NCBI GenBank assembly: GCA_026015185.1
Contig: JAOZGX010000070.1
Location: 2,378 to 66,377, forward strand
DNA from: Candidatus Bathyarchaeota archaeon
Lineage (GTDB): Archaea; Thermoproteota; Bathyarchaeia; 40CM-2-53-6; RBG-13-38-9
DNA length: 64,000 bases
Reading direction: 5' to 3'
Within the stretch, counting starts at the first letter, position 1. Every line of letters starts with the position of its first letter. Position numbers and translations under genes: made by a program. Below the pieces are notes generated by a model. It had not been told where the DNA came from. It made no database searches and worked only from the letters and a program-made list of their open reading frames with translations. Shown piece by piece: positions 57,596 through 64,000 of this stretch.

Positions 57596-59104
57596 CTATT
57601 TCCTCTTTTTCCTTGCAAGGATTTTATTTATACCTTCTATCATAGCCTCTACGCTAGCCATCACAACATCTTCACGTGCCGCACTAGCTGAAACGACATT
57701 GCCCTGACCATTCTCAACTTTTATTAGAACTTCAGCCAATGCATCAGAACCACCTGTAATTGCCTCCAATCGGTATTCTTTAAGTCTTACATTTGCTAGG
57801 GGACTAATTATCTTTTGAATGGCTTTTATTGCAGAATCAACAGGTCCAACACCCGTTGCAGAAGCAATGTGTTCTTTGCCATCTAATGAGAGTTTAACAG
57901 ATGCTGTTGGTACTGTGTTCATTCCAGATAATACGGATAGATTCTCCAGATTTACAATCCTTTCCTCATCAGATAAGCCGTCTATTACAGCCCTGGCTAT
58001 TGAGTAAAGATCAATGTCTGTTACTATCTTACCCTTATCTCCAATCTCTTTTACCCTATCAAGGATCTCTTTCATATGCGTGTCGTCAGCATCCATACCG
58101 GCTTCAGCCAACTTTGCCTTCAAGCCATGAGTACCTGCGTGCTTACCTGCCTGGAACCATCTTTTTCTTCCTACTAACTCAGGACTAATCGGTTCATAAG
58201 TAATAGGTTTAGTAGAAATTCCATGCGTATGAATTCCGGCCTCATGCCCAAATGCATTTTCTCCAACTATAGCTTTGTTGGGTTGCACAGAAATGCCGGT
58301 AAGTCTAGTAACCAATTTTGAGGTTTCATACAGTAATTTTGTATTAATATTGGTTTTTTTCTTCAATAACAATTGAATTCCTATTACTATCTCTTCTAAA
58401 GAGGCATTTCCTGCTCTTTCTCCAAGACCGTTAATAGTAGCATGAACTTGAGTTGCACCTGCCTCAACAGCAGTAAGTGAGTTTGCAACAGCTAGTCCGA
58501 AATCATTGTGGCAATGAATGCTTATCGGTATTTTAATCGAATCAGTGATCTTACTAATCCAGTCATAGACATTTCTAGGATCCATTACTCCTACAGTATC
58601 AGGTATATTTATTCTATCAGTCTTAGCATCTGTAACAGCCTTCAATACCTTCATAAGATAAGAGAAATCAGTTCTACTAGCATCTTCAGGTGAAAATTCT
58701 ACTACAACGCCGTGCTTTTTTGCATATTCAACACTATCTACGGCTGCTTTTAGAACTTCTTCTTTACTCATTTTAAGTTTATATTTCATGTGTATGTCGG
58801 AAGTAGCTATAAATGTATGAACGCAATCTACATCGCATTCAATAGCCTTATCGATATCCGCTCTATTAGCTCTCGCAAGTCCACAAATCTCAGATCTTAA
58901 TTTTTCTTTCGTTATTCTCTTTACCGCTTCATGTTCTCCTTTTGAGACTAAGGGAAAGCCAGCTTCTATAGTATCTACGCCAAGTGAATCTAATTTATGA
59001 GCTATCTCTATTTTATCTTCAGGAGTCAAAGACACACCTGGTGTTTGCTCTCCATCCCTCAAAGTCGTATCAAAAATACTGATTACTTTAGGTTTTTTAC
59101 TCAA
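57596..59104 (-). CDS. leuA: 2-isopropylmalate synthase / (R)-citramalate synthase (LeuA family with C-terminal regulatory domain)
   Basis: LRDGEQ, HCHNDFG, GERAGN and a C-terminal LeuA-dimer-like domain. 502 aa, last gene of the ilv-leu operon. Confidence 0.8.
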   Translation of the reverse strand: MSKKPKVISIFDTTLRDGEQTPGVSLTPEDKIEIAHKLDSLGVDTIEAGFPLVSKGEHEAVKRITKEKLRSEICGLARANRADIDKAIECDVDCVHTFIATSDIHMKYKLKMSKEEVLKAAVDSVEYAKKHGVVVEFSPEDASRTDFSYLMKVLKAVTDAKTDRINIPDTVGVMDPRNVYDWISKITDSIKIPISIHCHNDFGLAVANSLTAVEAGATQVHATINGLGERAGNASLEEIVIGIQLLLKKKTNINTKLLYETSKLVTRLTGISVQPNKAIVGENAFGHEAGIHTHGISTKPITYEPISPELVGRKRWFQAGKHAGTHGLKAKLAEAGMDADDTHMKEILDRVKEIGDKGKIVTDIDLYSIARAVIDGLSDEERIVNLENLSVLSGMNTVPTASVKLSLDGKEHIASATGVGPVDSAIKAIQKIISPLANVRLKEYRLEAITGGSDALAEVLIKVENGQGNVVSASAAREDVVMASVEAMIEGINKILARKKRK

Positions 59105-59237
59105 AATTAGTCACATTATTTTCGATTAATATTCCCTAATATTCTTTTTACCCTAGATTTGCTATAATTATTATTCTATAAATCCTCAATAATCGGAGGC
59201 AAATATTTCTAACATATTAATAGAATCTTTGCTGTTT

Positions 59238-60314
59238 TTAATCGCTATTCTTTGATAGATATTCAACCACTAGATCACCCACTTTTGATGTTGAATAACC
59301 CATCTTTCCTGCTGAGAAACTCTGTAGTTTTTCTTTAACTACCTGTTTCACTGCATTCTCTACTATAATTGCTGCTTGTTGCTCACCAATTGTATCTAAT
59401 AGCATCGAGAGAGCACATATTGCTGCAAGGGGATTGATAATATTTTTTCCAGTATATTTAGGTGCACTACCACCGATTGGCTCAAACATCGATACCCCAG
59501 TTGGATTGATATTTCCTCCAGCTGCAATTCCCATGCCACCTTGTATTATGGCTCCAAGATCCGTGATAATATCTCCAAACATATTATCGGTTACAATGAC
59601 ATCAAACCATTCAGGACTCTTCACCATCCACATACAAGTAGCGTCAACATTTGCATACTCAGTCTCAATGTCTGTATAGTCTTTAGCCACTTCATAGAAG
59701 ACTCTCTCCCACAAATCAAAGGCATAAGTTAACACATTAGTTTTCCCACAAAGCGTTACTTTCTTCCGTTTATTTCTCCGCTTGGTATAATCAAAAGCGA
59801 AGCGTATAACTCGTTCTGCTCCCTTGTATGTATTGATGCTGTCTTGAATGGCCACTTCATCCTTAGTGCCTTTTTTCAGAAAGCCTCCAGCCCCACAATA
59901 TAGGCCTTCGGTATTCTCTCTTATCACCACAAAATCGACATCATCTTCAGTTTTATCCTTCAAAGGACAAAACCGCTTATCATAAAGAACAACAGGACGT
60001 AAATTTACGTACTGATCGAGTTCAAAACGTAATTTCAACAATATCCCTTTTTCCAGAATTCCTGGCTTTACTTTTGGATCTCCGATTGCACCTAAATAGA
60101 TCGAATCAATTTTCTTCAACTCTTCATATATTGAATCAGGAAGAATTTCACCGGTTTTACGATATCTTTCTCCACCTAAATCATAAGAAATTGTCTCATA
60201 GGCAAATCCTTGCTGAACAGCGATTGCTTTTAAGACTTTTAGCCCTTCATTTACAACTTCCGGACCAGTTCCGTCACCACCAATTACCGCTATTTTATAA
60301 GATTTCTTACTCAT
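59238..60314 (-). CDS. leuB: 3-isopropylmalate dehydrogenase
   Basis: Isocitrate/IPM dehydrogenase fold with the NMFGDIITDLGA motif. Confidence 0.8.
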   Translation of the reverse strand: MSKKSYKIAVIGGDGTGPEVVNEGLKVLKAIAVQQGFAYETISYDLGGERYRKTGEILPDSIYEELKKIDSIYLGAIGDPKVKPGILEKGILLKLRFELDQYVNLRPVVLYDKRFCPLKDKTEDDVDFVVIRENTEGLYCGAGGFLKKGTKDEVAIQDSINTYKGAERVIRFAFDYTKRRNKRKKVTLCGKTNVLTYAFDLWERVFYEVAKDYTDIETEYANVDATCMWMVKSPEWFDVIVTDNMFGDIITDLGAIIQGGMGIAAGGNINPTGVSMFEPIGGSAPKYTGKNIINPLAAICALSMLLDTIGEQQAAIIVENAVKQVVKEKLQSFSAGKMGYSTSKVGDLVVEYLSKNSD

Positions 60315-60367
60315 TAATCTCCTCTCCTTTTTTCGTAGTATATGGTCTTTTCATTTGGAAAATATAA

Positions 60368-60874
60368 TTAGGAACTACCTTCCGTTCCTAACTCTTTTTT
60401 GAGGTGTTCTATTAATCCACCTTCTTGAAGAATTGTCATCAAGAATTTCGGAATCGGAGCAGTCTTAAATGTTAAATCTTTTGACTCATTTGTCACGATT
60501 CCTTTCTCTAAATCGACCGATATTATATCTCCTTCTTCTACATTTTCCGAAATATTCTCGCACTCGATTGCTGGCAATCCAATGTTTATGCAATTTCTGT
60601 AAAAGATACGTGCAAAGTATTCAGAGACTACACATTCAACTCCAGCGTTTTTTAAGGCAATTGGAGCTTGCTCGCGACTGGATCCACAACCGAAATTCTT
60701 CCCGCCAATTAGAACAGCCCCATCTCTGACTTTTGATGAGAAGTCAGGATCTATTCCTTCCATTGCATGCTTGCCTAATTCCTTTGGATCTATCAATTCG
60801 AGATATTTCCCAGGTAGTATGACATCTGTATTGATATTGTCACCAAATTTTACAGCTTTCTTTTTTAATACCAA
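60368..60874 (-). CDS. leuD: 3-isopropylmalate dehydratase small subunit
   Basis: 168-aa aconitase swivel domain (GKNFGCGSSREQA). Confidence 0.8.
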   Translation of the reverse strand: MVLKKKAVKFGDNINTDVILPGKYLELIDPKELGKHAMEGIDPDFSSKVRDGAVLIGGKNFGCGSSREQAPIALKNAGVECVVSEYFARIFYRNCINIGLPAIECENISENVEEGDIISVDLEKGIVTNESKDLTFKTAPIPKFLMTILQEGGLIEHLKKELGTEGSS

Positions 60875-60888
60875 GTTTATCAGTCTCC

Positions 60889-62142
60889 TTATTTGTTAGC
60901 TGGATCCACAATCCTGCCCTCTAAAGCTGATGCTGCTGCAGTTGCTGGGGATGCCAGATATACCTTAGACTCTGGACTGCCCATTCTTCCGATGAAGTTT
61001 CTGTTAGAAGTTGCAACACAGATTTCACCGGGCGCAAGTAAACCCAAATGTCCGCCTAAACAAGGACCGCAAGTAGCATTAGTAACAATTCCACCGGCTT
61101 GAATGAAAATATCCATTAGGCCTTCTTCCAATGCTTCTGAATAGATATCTTGAGAAGCTGGTGACACTATCATCCTTACACCTTTTTTGATCTTTTTACC
61201 TTTCAAGATCTTTGCTGCTAGCCTCAAATCTTCGATTCTTCCATTTGTGCAAGAGCCTAAGAAAACTTGATCCACTTCAACGTTTCCAACTTCTGAAGCT
61301 GGCTTAACATTGTCCACAGAGTGTGGACAGGCAACTTGAGGAGTCAACTCGCTGGCTTCAATTTCAACGGTTTTATCATAAGATGCGTTTTCATCGCTTT
61401 TTATTGGAGTGAATTGCTTATCAGTTCTCTCTTTAACATATTGCATTGTTTTTTCATCTGCTGTAACTGTACCAGTTTTAGCACCCGCCTCGACTGCCAT
61501 ATTACAAATAGTAAGGCGGCCGTCAATGCTCATATCGCTGATTGCCTTGCCTATGAATTCCATTCCCATATACCTTGCACCATCCTCGCCAATTTTTCCA
61601 ATGATATTCAATATCAGATCTTTTGGAGTCACAAGATTCTGGAAGTTTCCATTGGTCTGTATTTTCATGGCTTTAGGAATCCTGAACCACATCTTTCCTA
61701 TTGCCAAAACCGCTGCCATCTCTGTTGAGCCAATTCCAGTAGCGAATGTACCTAAAGCACCATATGTACATGTATGAGAGTCGGCACCAACTATCAATTC
61801 CCCCGGCCTAGCATGACCTTTTTCATGGAATACCTGATGGCATACTCCACCGTAACCAACATCATAGAAGTTTTGTATGCTTTGTTCTTCTATGAACTCT
61901 CTCAAGGTCTTTTGTAATGTAGCAGCTCTTATCGTACTAGCTGGCACTAAGTGATCAAAGATTACGACTATTCGCTCGGGATCATGAACTTTTTTTACAC
62001 CGATCCTACCAAATGAATGAATGGTCAAAGGGCCTGTCAGATCGTGCATCATAGCCATATCTATTTTGGCTTCGACTATCTCATCTGGTTCTACCTTTGA
62101 TTTATCGGCTGCTTTCGCAAGTATTTTTTCAAAGATATTCAA
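60889..62142 (-). CDS. leuC: 3-isopropylmalate dehydratase large subunit
   Basis: Aconitase-family Fe-S ligands (ATCGPCLG, GSCTNGR). 417 aa. Confidence 0.85.
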   Translation of the reverse strand: MNIFEKILAKAADKSKVEPDEIVEAKIDMAMMHDLTGPLTIHSFGRIGVKKVHDPERIVVIFDHLVPASTIRAATLQKTLREFIEEQSIQNFYDVGYGGVCHQVFHEKGHARPGELIVGADSHTCTYGALGTFATGIGSTEMAAVLAIGKMWFRIPKAMKIQTNGNFQNLVTPKDLILNIIGKIGEDGARYMGMEFIGKAISDMSIDGRLTICNMAVEAGAKTGTVTADEKTMQYVKERTDKQFTPIKSDENASYDKTVEIEASELTPQVACPHSVDNVKPASEVGNVEVDQVFLGSCTNGRIEDLRLAAKILKGKKIKKGVRMIVSPASQDIYSEALEEGLMDIFIQAGGIVTNATCGPCLGGHLGLLAPGEICVATSNRNFIGRMGSPESKVYLASPATAAASALEGRIVDPANK

Positions 62143-62170
62143 AATCTATTCACGTATTCATATCCTTATT

Positions 62171-63160
62171 CTATTTTTGTATTCCAGACATCTTTCTAAT
62201 CGTTTTACCAACTTTCTCTATTGGGTGTTCTTGAAGCTCTTTGAATAATTTTTCTAGTCTTTTCATACTTTCTTCAGGGTTTCCACTCCATTCCTTAGCG
62301 AATTCTCCACTTTGAACGTACTTGACATTCCATCTCATATTCTCTTTAACGTGGTCGTCTACAATTTTTGGCCCAATCGCCAGTCCGCCATACTGGGCAG
62401 TGTGTGAAATGCCACTCATCATTTTACTGATGCCTCCTTCGTACAATAAGTCAACCATAAGCTTCAGCTCACTGGCTACTTCAAAGTAAGCTAATTCGGG
62501 TTGATAGCCGGCCTCAACTAGAACTTCAAATCCTTTCTTTATTAATTCTGAAACGCCACCCGCTAATACACACTGCTCTCCAATGATATCGGTTTCAGCC
62601 TCTTCTTTGAATGTGGTCTCGATAACTCCAGCTTTAGTATGCCCCAAAGCTTTGCACATTGCTAAAATGATGTCTTTAGCTTTACCGGTAAAGTCTTGTT
62701 GTGCAGCGAACAATGCTGGTACACCGAAACCTTCTACATAAACTTCTCTTACTCTTTGTCCTGGACTTTTGGGTGCAACCATGATTACGTCTACATTCTG
62801 TGGGGGAACTATTTGTTTAAAATGAATATTATATGCATGAGAACAGCTGATAGCTTTCCCCTCGGTCAAGTTTGGCTCAATTGATTCTTTATATACATTG
62901 GGTTGATCTAAGTCAGGAAATAGCATATGAATGATGTCCGCTTTCTCTGCTGCCTCCGATACACTGACTGGAGTGAAACCATCTTCCTTTGCCCTATTCC
63001 AGGAATTTCCTCCTGGTCTTAAGCCCAAGACTATATTAAGGCCAGAGTCTCGATAATTTAAAGCTTGAGCTCTACCTTGATTTCCATAGCCAATTACAGC
63101 TATTGTTCTATCTTTCAATATTCCTAAATCCGCATCCTTATCATAGTATATTTTTGCCAT
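62171..63160 (-). CDS. ilvC: Ketol-acid reductoisomerase
   Basis: '[21 protein letters not shown]' Rossmann N-terminus. 329 aa class-I KARI. Confidence 0.9.
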   Translation of the reverse strand: MAKIYYDKDADLGILKDRTIAVIGYGNQGRAQALNYRDSGLNIVLGLRPGGNSWNRAKEDGFTPVSVSEAAEKADIIHMLFPDLDQPNVYKESIEPNLTEGKAISCSHAYNIHFKQIVPPQNVDVIMVAPKSPGQRVREVYVEGFGVPALFAAQQDFTGKAKDIILAMCKALGHTKAGVIETTFKEEAETDIIGEQCVLAGGVSELIKKGFEVLVEAGYQPELAYFEVASELKLMVDLLYEGGISKMMSGISHTAQYGGLAIGPKIVDDHVKENMRWNVKYVQSGEFAKEWSGNPEESMKRLEKLFKELQEHPIEKVGKTIRKMSGIQK

Positions 63161-63176
63161 TTTTTATTTTAACCTC

Positions 63177-63686
63177 CTAATCATCTATTCTAACAGATTT
63201 TGGACCCCTTAAGCTAGCGGTCTCACCAGTTCTAGATACCTCTACAAGTCCGAAGTCTCTAGTCAATTCAATGAAAGCGTCAATTTTGCTCTTACTACCT
63301 ACCAGTTCAACTATAACTGATTTAGGAGACAAGTCGACTATTCTTCCCCGGAATGTCTCCACATAATTGAATAAATCCGATCGAGTCTTTGAGTCATCAA
63401 CTTTAAGTTTTATAAGTGCAAGTTCTCTGATTACAGCTTCTCCAGGGTCTAGTTTTGCTGCCTTTAGTACATCTACCAATTTCTCAAGCTGACCCACTAA
63501 CTGTTCGGCCTCTCTTTCCTCTCCTTTGATTGTTATCGTCATTCTAGCTAGATCGTTTTGTTCAGCTGTTCCGATTGCAACGCTCTCAATATTGAAGTTT
63601 CTACGCCAGAACATATTCGACACTTTATATAAAACTCCGGGTTTATGCTCAACTAATGCCGAAATAATAAAAGTTTTTCTCAACAT
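63177..63686 (-). CDS. ilvN: Acetolactate synthase small (regulatory) subunit
   Basis: ACT domain at the N-terminus. 169 aa, positioned between ilvB and ilvC. Confidence 0.8.
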   Translation of the reverse strand: MLRKTFIISALVEHKPGVLYKVSNMFWRRNFNIESVAIGTAEQNDLARMTITIKGEEREAEQLVGQLEKLVDVLKAAKLDPGEAVIRELALIKLKVDDSKTRSDLFNYVETFRGRIVDLSPKSVIVELVGSKSKIDAFIELTRDFGLVEVSRTGETASLRGPKSVRIDD

Positions 63687-63689
63687 TTA

Positions 63690-64000
63690 TCACTCTATTA
63701 TTTTATCCAATGATTGCCCAGCTGGAACCATAGGTAATACATCTTCTTCAGGGTCTATCGGTACATCAATAACCGTTGTAACTGGAGTATTCATTGCCTT
63801 TTTAACAGCACTGGTAAATTCCTTTAAGGAATTAACTCGAATGCCTTCCGCACCGTAGGACTTTGTCAACTTAACAAAGTCTGGGATTTTATGAAGTTCG
63901 ACAGCCGAGTATCTATGGCCAAAGAACAACCTTTGCCATTGAGCAACCATTCCTAACATTTGGTTGTTAAGTATTACAACAATAACAGGAATGTCCTCAT
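63690..64000 (-). CDS. ilvB: Acetolactate synthase large subunit, C-terminal portion (gene continues past the window end)
   Basis: ThDP-enzyme C-terminal region (...VIDVPIDPEEDVLPMVPAG...). Open at the window edge and upstream of ilvN. Confidence 0.7.
   Translation of the reverse strand, partial: EDIPVIVVILNNQMLGMVAQWQRLFFGHRYSAVELHKIPDFVKLTKSYGAEGIRVNSLKEFTSAVKKAMNTPVTTVIDVPIDPEEDVLPMVPAGQSLDKIIE

Noticed and set aside
1-64000. CRISPR array or cas genes
   Set aside because: No regularly spaced short repeats or Cas-like proteins were seen anywhere in the window.

Overview
A 64-kb, low-GC (~33%) archaeal chromosomal segment with small, densely packed genes. Archaeal assignment rests on TBP, Alba, EF-2, eS17, a class-I CCA enzyme, TrmB/Lrp regulators and oligo-T terminators. 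The recognisable content is mostly core metabolism and information processing:

- An 11-subunit complex-I-like operon, nuoABCD-HI-J(split)-KLMN, on the minus strand. It lacks nuoEFG, so it is Fpo/Nuo-like.
- Two F420-biosynthesis clusters: cofG-cofH, and a nitroreductase-cofD-cofC cluster.
- A Tes/MJ0619-like radical-SAM gene.
- A solitary ftr (formylmethanofuran:H4MPT formyltransferase).
- glnA, nadE, guaA, prs, rnz, cca, thpR, an Lhr-type helicase, and an ilvBNC-leuCDB-leuA operon that runs off the right edge.

The most striking observation is in the EF-2 gene. A conserved 21-aa N-terminal exon is separated from the G-domain by a 36-nt insertion that carries two in-frame TAG codons. The insertion folds into a bulge-helix-bulge motif whose predicted cleavage sites excise exactly these 36 nt and restore the canonical '...IRN-MGIIAHVDHGKTT' sequence. 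I call this a candidate protein-coding BHB intron.

Other things that stand out:

- Three alternating (GC)5-6.5 tracts in otherwise AT-rich DNA.
- A duplicated ~346-bp module that encodes a ~57-aa AbrB-like mini-protein, next to a tRNA 3'-fragment and a stand-alone RAM-domain gene.
- A GC-rich hairpin element upstream of EF-2 that may be an sRNA.
- A nitroreductase linked to cofCD, which could be a dehydro-F420-0 reductase.
- An archaeal DUF1537-kinase/PdxA2 gene pair.
- A Tat-secreted M23 peptidase.

No CRISPR array, integrase or transposase was seen. Every call is made by eye from motifs and gene context; no database search was run.
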